Shown: positions 32,788-42,123 of the stretch, in pieces
Layout of the letters: each line of letters begins with the position of its first letter
How positions within the stretch are numbered: position 1 is the first letter of the stretch
NCBI GenBank assembly: GCA_963763775.1
Contig: CAVXPZ010000001.1
Coordinates: 896,001 to 960,000, forward strand
Reading direction: 5' to 3'
Source: an uncultured Chloroflexia bacterium
GTDB lineage: Bacteria; Chloroflexota; Limnocylindria; Limnocylindrales; CSP1-4
DNA: 64,000 nt
Program-made: the position numbers and the translations under genes
The notes under the pieces: model-generated
Databases searched by the model: none
What the model was told of the DNA's origin: nothing
What the model saw: the letters and a program-made list of their open reading frames with translations, nothing else

Positions 32788-33038
32788 GGCGCGCTCGCCC
32801 GCCGGACCCGGATGTCCCTGGTGACTTCGTCCGGACCCCAGATGGGTTCGACGACCACCCCACGCTGGCTGGCGACCGGCTCGACGATCTCCAGGACGGA
32901 GTCCGTGAGCCGGAGGCCGAAGACCATGGTCGATGGCGCGCCACCGGACGAGACGAGGTCGACGGCGCTCATGACGAGCGCCACCTCGCGGTCGATCGCG
33001 TGCTGGACGTCCAGGTCGGACCTGGTCGGGTGATCCAT
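32784..33038 (-). CDS. Small hypothetical protein, probable first gene of the kdp transcript
   Basis: 84-aa ORF with ATGA overlap to the receiver gene. Confidence 0.6.
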   Translation of the reverse strand: MDHPTRSDLDVQHAIDREVALVMSAVDLVSSGGAPSTMVFGLRLTDSVLEIVEPVASQRGVVVEPIWGPDEVTRDIRVRRASAP

Positions 33039-33093
33039 GCCTTGACCATGGCACTGGCCGCCAAGAGGCCAGCGACCCGGCGGGGCCCGCCCG

Positions 33094-33112
33094 CGCTCAA
33101 GGACCGCTCAAG
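33094..33112 (-). promoter_or_regulatory. Tandem 8-bp direct repeat with 11-bp period, candidate KdpE box
   Basis: CTTGAGCG-GTC-CTTGAGCG on the minus strand, 56-74 bp upstream of the ATG at 33038. Confidence 0.5.
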
Positions 33113-33121
33113 TCGCCTCGA

Positions 33122-33860
33122 TCAGGGGGCGACGATGCGGTACCCCACGCCTGGCTCCGCCACGATCAGGCCGCGAAGCGTCCCGTCGACGTCGGCCGCG
33201 TCGATCTTGCGGCGGATCTGGCTGACGTAGACATGGACGTAGTGCGCCTCGTCGCTGTATGCCGTGCCCCACACGGCTCGGAGCAGCCGGCCGTGCGTGA
33301 CGAGGCGGCCCGCGTGGGCCAGCAGGACCTTGAGCACCTCGTACTCGCGCGGCGTGAGGTGGATGGACGTGCCACCCACGGTGACGAGCCGCCGGCCGAT
33401 GTCCATGGCGAGCGACCCGACCCGGATCTCGCCGCTCGGCATCGGCCGCCGGACCGGCCGCTCGCCGGAGCAAGGCGTCGATCCGTGCTCGCAGCTCGAC
33501 CATGCCGAACGGCTTCGTCACGTAGTCGTCGGCGCCCTGGTCGAGGGCGGCGACCTTGTCGGCTTCCCGGTCGCGCGCGGACAGGACCAGGATCGGCGTC
33601 GTCCCTTCGCGTCGGACGTGCCGGATGACGACGAGACCGTCCTCGTCCGGAAGGCCGAGGTCAAGGACGATGAGGTCGGGCCGCTGACGGCCCCAGGCCG
33701 CCGTCGCCGTCGCCGCGTCCCCGGCCTCCTCGACGAGGTGGTCGTGCCCGCGGAGGAAGGTCGCGATGGCGTGCCGGGTCGCCTCGTCGTCCTCGACGAG
33801 GAGGATCGCCGCACCGTCGCCCGCGTCGCCCGACCCTCGGGGCGCGGCGCCCGGCTTCAC
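33122..33860 (-). CDS. kdpE: KdpE response regulator (frameshift near 33443)
   Basis: ILLVEDD, DLGLPDEDG, GADDYVTKPF, HLTPREY, LLRAVWG, EPGVGYR. Confidence 0.9.
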
Positions 33861-35455
33861 GGGACGGGTTCCTCGTCGGGCTCCGGGGCGGCGATCGCGA
33901 CGTCGAACGTGATGGCCAGACCACCGAGGTCGCTCGCCCGCGCGGTCACCTGCCCACCCATGGCCTCCACGAGGCCGCGGACGACTGCGAGGCCGATCCC
34001 GGTCCCGCGCCGCGACCCCTCGCCCTTCCGCGTGACCCGATAGAACTTCTCGAACAGTCGCGGCAGCGCGTCCGGCGGGACGCCCGGCCCACCATCCTCG
34101 ATGGTCAGGCGGACGCGGCGGTCCGGCGTCAGGTCCGCCGAGATCCGGATGGGCGCGCTCGGTCCGGCATATTTGGCCGCGTTGTCGAGGGTGTTGGTGA
34201 GGACCTGGCCGATGAGCACTTCGTCGACCAGGACGGGCGGCAGGTCCGGCGGCACCTCGACCGTGACGACGCGGTCGCCGTTCGCCACGCCGGTCCGCTC
34301 GACGGCCTGGACGACCAGGTCCGACAACGCGAAGGCCGCGAGGGTCGGCCGAAGCTCGCCCGCCTCGACGCGGCTCATGTCGAGCAGGTTCGTGACGAGG
34401 CGGTTCAGCCACTCGGCCTCGCGGTCGATCGAGGCGGCGATCTCGCGCCGCTGGTCGGCGGGCCATTCGACATCGGGATCCATGAGCGTGCCGGCGGCGG
34501 CACGGATCGACGCGAGCGGCGTCCGCAGGTCGTGCGAGACCGAGTCCAGCAGGGCGGACTTGAGGGCCTCGCTCCGACGCGAGATCTCGGCGGAGGTGGC
34601 ATCGCGGCGCAGGCGGTCTCGCTGTAGTGCGCCGCCGATCTGATCGGCGGCGGCAGCGATGACGCGAGTGTCGCCCGGGTCAGGAGCGCCCAGGTCCCGG
34701 GGCCGGACCACCCACACGGACCCGAACGTCTGCTCGCCCGCGGCGATCCCGACGCGGTAGGCGTACTCGTCGGACGGCTGGCCGGACTTGCCGGCACGTC
34801 CGGGTGCGTGCACGCGAACCCAGTCCGCCGGTTCGTCACCGGGCCGGCGGCGGAGCACGTCGTGGACCGCGGGCGCGACCGGCGGGTGCCCGCCGTCGGA
34901 CCCCGTGTCGGCCGCGAGGGCGTCGGCCACGGTGATCCACACGCGGCGTGCCTGCGTCTCGGTCCTGAGGATCGCCGCGACCGGGGCCAGGGCCGACGAC
35001 GTGTCGCGCTCGGTCGCGAGCCGGAACGTGACATCGAACATCGCGGAGGCCTCCCGTTCGCCCTCGATCGCGGCCTCCGCTCGGTCGCGCTCGCGTCCTG
35101 CGAGCCGCCCGACGACGACGCCGATGACCAGGAGCAGCAGGAGGTTGAGCCATTCGGCGGGATCACGGACCGTGAACGTCAACGTCGGGGCGATGAAGAA
35201 GAAGTCGTAGACGAGGAACGCGCCGACGGCGGTGACGATCGCCGGGCCGGTGCCGCGGAGCACGGCCACGGCCACGACGGCCAGGAGATAGGTCGAGGAC
35301 GCGTCGTTGAGCCCGTACGCCTCCAGCGCCCCGATGACGATGGCCCCGAGCAGCAACGCGATGGCGATGACCGCGACGGTCGGGATCAGCCGGCGGAGTC
35401 GACGGCGGATCGCCGCGGACGACCGGCGCGGAGAGGCGTCCGGAGCGGCGGTCAC
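33857..35455 (-). CDS. kdpD: KdpD membrane histidine kinase (DUF4118 + GAF-like + HisKA/HATPase; lacks the N-terminal sensor)
   Basis: YDFFFIAPTLTF, LLDSVSHDLRTPL, NAAKY, DGGPG, GTGIGL. Confidence 0.9.
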   Translation of the reverse strand: MTAAPDASPRRSSAAIRRRLRRLIPTVAVIAIALLLGAIVIGALEAYGLNDASSTYLLAVVAVAVLRGTGPAIVTAVGAFLVYDFFFIAPTLTFTVRDPAEWLNLLLLLVIGVVVGRLAGRERDRAEAAIEGEREASAMFDVTFRLATERDTSSALAPVAAILRTETQARRVWITVADALAADTGSDGGHPPVAPAVHDVLRRRPGDEPADWVRVHAPGRAGKSGQPSDEYAYRVGIAAGEQTFGSVWVVRPRDLGAPDPGDTRVIAAAADQIGGALQRDRLRRDATSAEISRRSEALKSALLDSVSHDLRTPLASIRAAAGTLMDPDVEWPADQRREIAASIDREAEWLNRLVTNLLDMSRVEAGELRPTLAAFALSDLVVQAVERTGVANGDRVVTVEVPPDLPPVLVDEVLIGQVLTNTLDNAAKYAGPSAPIRISADLTPDRRVRLTIEDGGPGVPPDALPRLFEKFYRVTRKGEGSRRGTGIGLAVVRGLVEAMGGQVTARASDLGGLAITFDVAIAAPEPDEEPVP

Positions 35456-36130
35456 CGGTCCCGTCCGCGGGCGATGCGCCGGGCGTCGCGGCTGACCCGG
35501 ACGAACTCGGTGAAGTGGCGCCACGGTCGGATGTGGCTCGGCTCGCCGGCGTAGATCGTCCGGATCGGGCACCCAGGCGATCGGAAGTCCGAGGGCGATG
35601 CAGCGGGCGATCATCTCGACCTCGAACTCGAACCCGTCCTCCTGCGAGGTCAGGAGCGCCCGCGTCAACTGCCGGCCGATCAACCGGTAGCCGGACTGGT
35701 TGTCGGGCACGTGCCGGCCGAGCGATGCGGACAGCAGCCAACCGCCGAGTTGGTTGGACACACGTCGGACCGGCGGCATCTCGCGGAAGTCGCGTCGCCC
35801 GATGATCAGCTCCGGCCGGTCGACCGCGAACGCGTCGAGGAACGCGGGGATCTCGTCGGGGTCGTGCTGGCCGTCCGCGTCGAGCGTCACGACCGCGTCG
35901 GCGTCGTGCTCGATGGCGTAGCGGAAGCCCGCGCGGAGCGCCGCGCCCTTGCCGGCGTTCGGGCGCTGACGGAGGACCGTGGCGCCGGCCGCCTCGGCCT
36001 GGGCGGCGGTGTCGTCGGTCGAGCCGTCGTCGACGACGACGACCGGGAGGTGGCGGGCGGCCGCGACCACGACCGGCCCGATCCGCGGGCCTTCCTGGTA
36101 TGCGGGGATCAGCCCGATGATCTGGCCCAT
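35452..36130 (-). CDS. Glycosyltransferase family 2 (DPM1-like; frameshift near 35570)
   Basis: IPAYQE, VVDDGSTD, NAGKGAAL, TLDADGQH, DNQSGYR; stop codon overlaps the kinase start. Confidence 0.9.
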
Positions 36131-37026
36131 GCGGCAACGGTACCGCGGTCGGTCTCCGCAGGCTCGATGCTCCCGTAGAGCCGCCACGCGATGGCGGCGC
36201 CGACCGCAGAGGTGAGGGCGAAGATCCCGATCGGGACGACCTGCACCTCGCCGGTGGCCGCCGCCTCTACGAGCAGCATCGCGGCGATCCCGGCCCCCAT
36301 GGCCATGCCCTTGACGATGACGATCGACGCCAGCAGGTACCCGACAGGCAACCGCCGGTAGACCGTCGCCGCCGTGAAGATCCCGAGCGGGACGAGCAGA
36401 CCCAGGTCGAACGCCTGGATCACGAACGTGACCCCGCCCTCGAGCTGCGGGACCTGGGTCGCCCCCCATGTCCGGGCGATCAGCGGCAACCACAACCCGA
36501 GCAGCAGCACGGCCATGAACACCCCGAACCCGATCGCCGCCCGGCGAGGGAACCGCTCCGAGAAGCGGGACGGCAGCGCGGCCACGTCGACCTCGCCCAG
36601 GAGGAGCCCCAGCCCGGAGACGCTCAGCGCGACGATCGCCACGTAGACCGGGAACATCGGACCGTAGGCCAGGAACACGGCGTACTCGACGTACTGATAG
36701 AGGAAGTAGGCCAGGACCCCCATGGTGAGCAGGGTGGCGCGGAGCGAGCGCCGACGGACGTACGGCAGGGTCACCAGCAGGGCGGGCACGACCAGGAACA
36801 GCGTGACGAGGTCCCAGCCGACACCTTCGGCCGCGACGGCCTTGCCGTTGAAGCGATAGATCCCACCGATGAGGGATTCGACGACGTCGCCGCGGACGGT
36901 CGTGAACGGCGTGGTGGCGAGATCGCCGCGCAGGAAGACCCCCGAGGCGCTGGCGATGGCGACCAGCCCGGCGACGAGCGCGAGCAGGACGACGACGGGG
37001 CGAGTGGCGGGAGCGGCGCGATCCAT
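36109..37026 (-). CDS. Polytopic membrane protein, unknown function
   Basis: About 8-9 hydrophobic segments; GGAGG RBS. Confidence 0.8.
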   Translation of the reverse strand: MDRAAPATRPVVVLLALVAGLVAIASASGVFLRGDLATTPFTTVRGDVVESLIGGIYRFNGKAVAAEGVGWDLVTLFLVVPALLVTLPYVRRRSLRATLLTMGVLAYFLYQYVEYAVFLAYGPMFPVYVAIVALSVSGLGLLLGEVDVAALPSRFSERFPRRAAIGFGVFMAVLLLGLWLPLIARTWGATQVPQLEGGVTFVIQAFDLGLLVPLGIFTAATVYRRLPVGYLLASIVIVKGMAMGAGIAAMLLVEAAATGEVQVVPIGIFALTSAVGAAIAWRLYGSIEPAETDRGTVAAWARSSG

Positions 37027-37165
37027 GGGTTCGACCTCCGACCCAAGGGTGCGGCCGCAGGTCGCGCGATCGACAGGGTCAGGCGGCCCGTTCTCGGCGG
37101 GACGACGGTCGTGCCCGGAGCCGGCCGGGCCGCGCTCGCGGGTCTGCCTGCGGTCGCGGGTCGGG

Positions 37166-37241
37166 TGGCGCCCCCGGCAGGATTCGAACCTGCGACCTTC
37201 CGCTTAGAAGGCGGTTGCTCTGTCCACTGAGCTACGGGGAC
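37166..37241 (-). tRNA. tRNA-Arg(TCT)
   Basis: GTCCCCGTAGCTCAGTGGACAGAGCAACCGCCTTCTAAGCGGAAGGTCGCAGGTTCGAATCCTGCCGGGGGCGCCA. Confidence 0.96.
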
Positions 37242-37358
37242 GCGCGCCGAGTCTACCGTCAGGGGCGTCCCGGAACACGGATTCGGCCGTGCTACACTCC
37301 GCGACCCATCGGCCCGACCTGCGATCGGGCGGCGGGGTCAGGGAGGATCCGACCGCCC

Positions 37359-38756
37359 ATGTCGGCACGTCCGACGCGCGCTCCGACCGCGGGCCAGCTC
37401 GCCCTCGAGCTGCCGCTCGAGCTGCCGCCGATCGAGATCGCGCCCGAGTGGAAGGACCAGCAGCGGCTCTGGGGCCACCCGTTCCACCCGATGTGCTCGT
37501 ACCTGGCGAGCTTCCCGGCCGCGCTCTCGCACGCATTCATCGCGCGCTACTCGCGGCCTGGCGACGTCGTCCTCGACCCGTTCTCCGGGCGTGGCACCAC
37601 CCCGCTCCAGGCGTGCGCGGAAGGTCGGATCGGCGTCGGCAACGACCTCAATCCGTTCGCGCACCTGCTGACCGCCGCCAAGGTCGAGCCGGCGACGCGG
37701 GCCCAGGCCGCGACCCGGCTGGCGGCGCTTCGCCTCGCCTGGAACGCGGACTCGGCCGCGTGGCTCGAGCTCGCCGATCGCCTCGCCAAGGACGCGGGCG
37801 CGACCGGCGTTCGCGTCCCGGTCGCCGGGTCCGGTGCCGGACCGGAGGACGCCCGCGAGACCGTCCCGCTCGAGGTGGCCCTGGCCTTCCACCCGCGGAC
37901 CCTCGGCCAGCTCCTGTTCGTGCGCACGACGCTCCGCCTCGACGACCGCACCGACCGGTTCCTGGCCGCGGCGATCACCGGGATCCTCCACGGCAAGAGC
38001 GCGTCGTACCTCTCCGAGCTCATGCCGAACACCTTCAGCATGGCGCCGCGCTACGTCCGCGACTTCGCCCGCCGGACCGAGTTCGCCTCGCCCGACCGCG
38101 ACGTCTTCGACGGCCTGGGCAAGAAGCTCGACCGCCTGTTCCGCGAGGCGCCGCCGCTCACGGAGGGCATCGCCCTCCTCGGCGACGCCCGGGACGTCGC
38201 ACCGCGGACCCGCGCCGCGCTGCGGGCGCGCGGACGCCCGGACCGGGCTCGCCTCGTCGTGACGTCGCCGCCCTACCTGCGCGTGGTCAAGTACGGCTAC
38301 TACAACTGGCTGCGAACGTGGTTCCTCGGGTTCGATGCCCACGAGATCGACGCGACGCTCGACGACGCCCACCATCGCGAGCCGTATCTCGCGTTCCTGC
38401 GGGACGTCCTGGCCGGGCTCCGGCCTGCCCTGACCGACGACGCGGTCGTCGTCCTCGTCATCGGGGACGTGGAGACGGACCGAGGACGCCGGATCCAGGG
38501 CGGCATCGGGCTAGCGGAGCGGGCCTGGGAGCAGGCGGCCGAGCCCGAGGGCTACCGGCTGGCCGGGGTCGCGCTCGACGACGTCGCCGCCGTCCGCAAG
38601 ATGACCAAGCTGTGGGGCGACGAGGCTGGGCGCGCGACGAAGACCGACCGGATCCTCGTCCTGGGCGCGACGGAGGCCGGGCGACGTCGCGCGCTCGCGG
38701 GCGCGGGCGTCGACATCGACTGGTCATGGCCGCCGAGGACCCTGCGCGCCCTCTAG
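37359..38756 (+). CDS. Orphan amino (N4-C type) DNA methyltransferase
   Basis: VVLDPFSGRGTT (motif I) and VVTSPPY (motif IV) separated by a long insert; no adjacent endonuclease. Confidence 0.85.
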   Translation: MSARPTRAPTAGQLALELPLELPPIEIAPEWKDQQRLWGHPFHPMCSYLASFPAALSHAFIARYSRPGDVVLDPFSGRGTTPLQACAEGRIGVGNDLNPFAHLLTAAKVEPATRAQAATRLAALRLAWNADSAAWLELADRLAKDAGATGVRVPVAGSGAGPEDARETVPLEVALAFHPRTLGQLLFVRTTLRLDDRTDRFLAAAITGILHGKSASYLSELMPNTFSMAPRYVRDFARRTEFASPDRDVFDGLGKKLDRLFREAPPLTEGIALLGDARDVAPRTRAALRARGRPDRARLVVTSPPYLRVVKYGYYNWLRTWFLGFDAHEIDATLDDAHHREPYLAFLRDVLAGLRPALTDDAVVVLVIGDVETDRGRRIQGGIGLAERAWEQAAEPEGYRLAGVALDDVAAVRKMTKLWGDEAGRATKTDRILVLGATEAGRRRALAGAGVDIDWSWPPRTLRAL

Positions 38757-38765
38757 AATGCCGCC

Positions 38766-38993
38766 ATGCAGCAGATGTACCACCCGTCGGACCTCGCCTC
38801 GATGGATCCGCTGGTCCTGATGAAGAACCTCGACCACGTCCGCATGACGAGCCGCCGACTGTCGTACATCCTCCAGCAGCAGGTCCACCTCTACACGCCC
38901 GAGGCGAACCAGCTCCGCGAGCAGATCGACCGCTACGTCGAGGCGGAGCGCCAGATCGAGGGCGAGATGGCGAGGCGCCGCATCCGCGCCTGA
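38766..38993 (+). CDS. 75-aa helical hypothetical protein
   Basis: Strong GC3 codon bias; TAGAAT -10 (overlapping the upstream stop) 6 nt before ATG. Confidence 0.8.
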   Translation: MQQMYHPSDLASMDPLVLMKNLDHVRMTSRRLSYILQQQVHLYTPEANQLREQIDRYVEAERQIEGEMARRRIRA

Positions 38994-38997
38994 CCCG

Positions 38998-39462
38998 TCA
39001 GGCGCCCGCCGGCACCGTCGCGAGGCGGATCGGCACATCGATCCCGCGGTCCACGGATCGCTCCACGGGCTCCACGAGCCGCTCCGCGACGAACACGTGG
39101 GCCTCCACGTCGGCGACGACCTGGTCCGCCACCGCCGCCTCGTCGAGCGCCGGGCCGACCTCGATCTCGAACGCCACCGGCTCGGCCACGATCGCGACCG
39201 CCACAGGCCGCCGTCGTGCCTGCTCCTCGGCGATGACCGTCGCGGAGAGCACCGCGAGCGCCGGCATGTCGAAGAGGCTGAACCCGACCCCGAGGCCCGC
39301 GAGCTCGTCGGGCCCCATGCCCCGGAACAGGCCCCGGGCCGCCACCGCGCACATCTCGTCGTAGAGCTCCGGCCAGCCGACGCGCCGTCGGCGATAGCAG
39401 AACCGGACGAACTCGGTCGCGTCCGGATCAGTGATGACGGGGCCGGCGGTGCGCGATTCCAT
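38998..39462 (-). CDS. Hypothetical protein
   Basis: GAGGGAGG RBS; EFVRFCYRRRRVGWPELYDEMCAVA core and acidic tail. Confidence 0.75.
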   Translation of the reverse strand: MESRTAGPVITDPDATEFVRFCYRRRRVGWPELYDEMCAVAARGLFRGMGPDELAGLGVGFSLFDMPALAVLSATVIAEEQARRRPVAVAIVAEPVAFEIEVGPALDEAAVADQVVADVEAHVFVAERLVEPVERSVDRGIDVPIRLATVPAGA

Positions 39463-39664
39463 CGATGGCGTGCCCTCCCTCAGGCGGCCTCCGGTCCGGC
39501 TACGGCCGGAGCGCGGAGGCAATACGAAGCTCGGACCGACGGGATCGGCGTGTTCGATCCGCCCGCCGGATGGGTGGTCTCCCGGTGTGCCGGCCTCCCC
39601 TCCCCTGGTCTCGGCGGCCGGTACCCGCCATCGTAGGCCGCGCCGGGTGAGCCGGGAAGGGGGC

Positions 39665-39697
39665 TTGTCCACGACTTCGTCCACCAAGTTATCCACA
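39665..39697. promoter_or_regulatory. Three tandem DnaA-box-like 9-mers at 12-bp period
   Basis: TTGTCCACG (39665), TCGTCCACC (39677), perfect TTATCCACA (39689). Confidence 0.65.
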
Positions 39698-39756
39698 AGA
39701 ACGGGCGTTCGGCGAACACCCGTTCCCATCACGCGTGAACCGGTCCGGCGACCGGT

Positions 39757-40806
39757 TCAGTGGCCGGGCCGCGAGAGCCCCAGGCCGTGTCGGTCCGTCA
39801 GCACCCAACGGTGTTCGGCGTCGAGGTCGAGGCCGTCGAATGGGTCGTCGGCGAGGAGCAGGCAGCCGTCGAGGTCGACCCAGTCCGCAAGCGAGGCGAC
39901 GGCCGCCGATCCTGCGATCCCGACGCTCGTCTCCTCCATGCACCCGAGGAACGTCCGCAGGCCGAGCTCGTGCGCCCGCGCGAGCATCGCCTTGGCCGGC
40001 TCGATGCCGCCGCACTTCGCAAGCTTGACGTTGACGCCCGCGACCACGCCGACGAGCCCATCGATGTCCTCGGGGAACACGCAGCTCTCGTCGGCGACGA
40101 TCGGGAGCGATGAGCGCTCCTGGAGCCAGCGGAGCTGGTCGAGGCGTCTGGCCGGGAAGGGCTGCTCGATGAGCTCCACGCCCAGACGCTCCAGGTCAGG
40201 GAGCAGGGCGAGCGCTCCCTCGGGGGTCCAGCCGGTGTTGGCGTCGACCCGGATCGGCCCGTCGAAGACGCCGCGCACGGCCTCGAGCGTGGCCAGGTCG
40301 CCGGGCCCGCCCACCTTGATCTTGAGGGCCGGGAAGTGGGCGGCTCGCGCCGCTCGCTGGGCCACGACGTCGGGCTCGTCGATGCCGATGGTGAAGTCGG
40401 TGGGCGGGATGGCCGCGCTCAGTCCGATGAGGTCGACCACCGGTCGCCCGAGGACCTTGCCGACGAGGTCGTGCAGGGCGATGTCGATCGCACACTTCGC
40501 CGCCCCGTGTCCGCGGATCGCGCCGTCCATGGCGGCCCCGGCCGCCCGAAGGCCCTCGGGGTTCGGCTCGACCTCGCCCACCACGTCGATCAGCATCGGC
40601 ATGACGACCGCCATCGTCTCCGTCGTCTCGCCGTAGAAGCGGTCCGGGTAGCCCTCGCCGACGCCGACGATCCCCGGGAACCGCGGGTCGCGCAGCTCCA
40701 CGATCACGGTCGTGACACCGTCCCCCGTCAGGTGGTCCGTCCGGGCGATCCGGAAGGGGTCACGGAGGGCCAGCCGGAGGACCTCGCTCGACAGGGCGAG
40801 CGTCAC
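39757..40806 (-). CDS. Dipeptide epimerase, enolase superfamily (L-Ala-D/L-Glu epimerase / DgcA-like)
   Basis: LRDPFRIAR, LKIKVG, RVDANTGW, IEQP, ADES, NVKLAKCGG, GCMEE, DLDG. Confidence 0.92.
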   Translation of the reverse strand: MTLALSSEVLRLALRDPFRIARTDHLTGDGVTTVIVELRDPRFPGIVGVGEGYPDRFYGETTETMAVVMPMLIDVVGEVEPNPEGLRAAGAAMDGAIRGHGAAKCAIDIALHDLVGKVLGRPVVDLIGLSAAIPPTDFTIGIDEPDVVAQRAARAAHFPALKIKVGGPGDLATLEAVRGVFDGPIRVDANTGWTPEGALALLPDLERLGVELIEQPFPARRLDQLRWLQERSSLPIVADESCVFPEDIDGLVGVVAGVNVKLAKCGGIEPAKAMLARAHELGLRTFLGCMEETSVGIAGSAAVASLADWVDLDGCLLLADDPFDGLDLDAEHRWVLTDRHGLGLSRPGH

Positions 40807-41894
40807 GCCTCCGCCACCCACGGCAGCGCGTCCACGCCGTCGCGCACCGCGGCCCACAGCCGGTCCGCCCCGAACCGCACGGGATCGTCGGCGGGAAGCC
40901 CGGTCAGCGCCTCGGTCTCCGCGATGAGTCGGCGGGCATCGGCCTCGTCCGCGTACAGCGAGGTGTTGAGGGCGATCGCCACGACCTTGGACGGCGCGAC
41001 GAGACCCGCGACCTGCTCGTGCAGCCGGATGAAGTCGGGGAGCGGCGCGATCGGGAACGTGACGCCGGGCAGGTGGTCGAAGTCGTGGTCCGTCATGCCG
41101 GGCTTGTAGACCATGACCATGGCCTGCGGCGTGGCGCCATGGATCAGCCCGAGCGTGACCGACGAGTAGGCTGGGTGGTCCAGCGATCCCTGGCCCTCGA
41201 CGAGCACCCAGTCTCCCAGGTCCTCGCCCTGCTCGACGAGCCACTCGACGGTGCCCTGTGTGAAGTCGCTGATGAGCCGGTCGACAGCGACCCCCCAGCC
41301 CTCGATCATCATCCCCGTCTGGCCTGTCGGCACGAACACCGCCGACTGTCCGGCCGCGAGGGCGGACTTGCGCATCTCGAGGGCGACGGACATCTTGCCG
41401 ATGGCGCAGTCGGTGGCCACCGTGAGGATCACCCGCTTGCCGGGACCGTGCCGTCGGCCGACGGCCGTCTCCATCCGCTCCGGCGGTCGCCGGTAGTCGA
41501 CGATGGTCGTGCCCCGTGCGGCCGCGGCCGCCGCGAACTCGGCGTCGTCGCCGATGAACGTGTGGAGCCCGGACAGCACATCCAGGCCGGCCGAGATAGC
41601 CGCCAGGATCGTGGTCCGCCACTCGGGCGGCAGCTTTCCGCCGGTCGGGGCGATCCCGATGAGGAGCGCGTCGGGGCGCATCGGCCGCGCGAGCGCCTCG
41701 TCGAGCGTCGCGACGATCGGGATGTCGTGCCCGGGCAGGAACTCGTCGACGTTGCGCCCGGCCTGGCTGGAGTCCAGGACCGCGACCACGTCGTCGCGGC
41801 CGTAGCGGATGACCCCGTAGGCGGTCTTGGCGTGGTGGTCGCCGAACTGGCCTTCGGTGAGGATGACGAGGCGGCGGCGGTCGGAGGGTCGCAT
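40803..41894 (-). CDS. DUF1611 P-loop protein (DgcN-like)
   Basis: AKTAYGVIRY, SGLHTF, TDCAIGKM, TGQTG, VEGQGSLDHPAYS. Confidence 0.92.
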   Translation of the reverse strand: MRPSDRRRLVILTEGQFGDHHAKTAYGVIRYGRDDVVAVLDSSQAGRNVDEFLPGHDIPIVATLDEALARPMRPDALLIGIAPTGGKLPPEWRTTILAAISAGLDVLSGLHTFIGDDAEFAAAAAARGTTIVDYRRPPERMETAVGRRHGPGKRVILTVATDCAIGKMSVALEMRKSALAAGQSAVFVPTGQTGMMIEGWGVAVDRLISDFTQGTVEWLVEQGEDLGDWVLVEGQGSLDHPAYSSVTLGLIHGATPQAMVMVYKPGMTDHDFDHLPGVTFPIAPLPDFIRLHEQVAGLVAPSKVVAIALNTSLYADEADARRLIAETEALTGLPADDPVRFGADRLWAAVRDGVDALPWVAEA

Positions 41895-41958
41895 CCCGGG
41901 AGTCTACGGAAACGACGACGCCCCCGGGACGTGCCGAGGGCGTTGGAATGGTCGAGGT

Positions 41959-42035
41959 TGGTACCGCATATCGGATTCGAACCGATGATCTCCGCCTTGA
42001 GAGGGCGGTGTCCTAGGCCTCTAGACGAATGCGGC
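41959..42035 (-). tRNA. tRNA-Glu(CTC)
   Basis: GCCGCATTCGTCTAGAGGCCTAGGACACCGCCCTCTCAAGGCGGAGATCATCGGTTCGAATCCGATATGCGGTACCA. Confidence 0.96.
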
Positions 42036-42123
42036 AGGCATCGCAGCGGTGGGACCGCCGGGCGGTCGGGATGATACCAGATGGTGCCCCGAGCCCGGCT
42101 CGGCGGCCAGCTCGGACCGGCGG

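Noticed and set aside
33857-36493. Apparent glycosyltransferase / histidine kinase fusion (878 aa)
   Set aside because: Frameshift near 35570; the corrected GT2 stops at 35452, overlapping the kinase start.
39660-39700. Replication origin
   Set aside because: Only three boxes, no AT-rich unwinding region and no dnaA/dnaN/gyrB context.
26183-42035. Integrated element suggested by an excisionase-like gene, tRNAs and a methyltransferase
   Set aside because: No integrase, no duplicated tRNA 3' end (att site) seen, no compositional shift, and the cargo is housekeeping.
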